From Oscillospiraceae bacterium (GTDB lineage: Bacteria > Bacillota > Clostridia > Oscillospirales > Oscillospiraceae): a stretch of DNA of 64,000 nucleotides. The DNA lies in the NCBI GenBank assembly GCA_045628925.1, contig JAZQQF010000197.1, forward strand, positions 758 through 64,757, given 5' to 3'. Positions 63,919 through 64,000 of the stretch are shown here, one piece after another; position 1 is the stretch's first letter, and every line of letters starts with the position of its first letter. The notes under the pieces were generated by a model that worked only from the letters and a program-made list of their open reading frames with translations, did no database searches and was not told where the DNA came from. Both the position numbers and the translations under genes were made by a program.

Positions 63919-64000
63919 AAACTCCCGCAGATGAAACGCATCAGCCGCCCTGTCCGCTGCAGATTGTCAGGGCTTTCTTCAGCGTAATAATTTCTTCTGT

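Noticed and set aside
1-64000. CRISPR arrays, rRNA or tRNA genes
   Set aside because: No regularly spaced short direct repeats and no rRNA- or tRNA-like conserved segments were noticed in any intergenic region. The only DNA-level repeats are intragenic (41029-41676 and 45590-45720).

Overview
This is a 64-kb window from a high-GC Gram-positive chromosome. The gene content looks Clostridia-like (rplU-rpmA-obg, Asp23+DAK2 yloU/yloV-type pair, SpoVB/MurJ-like flippase, YtvI-like permease), but the taxon is an inference. Positions 1 to ~35,000 carry ordinary core and accessory metabolism: paaK+ACT, a GT2 glycosyltransferase, lepA, rqcP, a MATE pump, udp, obg, L27/L21, mntP, azlCD, a PHP phosphatase, a GH51 arabinofuranosidase, a C69 dipeptidase and a bicupin. 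At ~35.05 kb a hybrid histidine kinase is cut off, leaving only its HATPase+REC part. Everything to the right of that point is accessory. It starts with a 1349-aa orphan protein made of two ~670-aa modules. Next come a 950-aa mosaic surface protein with a 324-bp tandem duplication and an ADP-ribosylglycohydrolase with a 400-aa unknown N-terminal region, followed by a triple zinc-ribbon protein and a flavin reductase. From 46.6 to 60.5 kb, where GC is visibly lower, lies a 14-gene cluster on one strand with translational coupling. It encodes two adenylate-forming enzymes, two carrier proteins, a LRAT-PPTase fusion, two PlsC-type acyltransferases, a second FakB/FakA-like (DegV/DAK2) pair, a GPH-type MFS transporter and three membrane-anchored alpha/beta hydrolases. 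I consider this cluster the best candidate for an undescribed system, either exogenous-lipid scavenging/re-acylation or synthesis of a specialised lipid. I recognised no rRNA, tRNA, CRISPR array, transposase or integrase. The very long ORFs antisense to real genes are high-GC shadow ORFs. Hairpin and promoter coordinates were derived by hand and may be off by a few nt.
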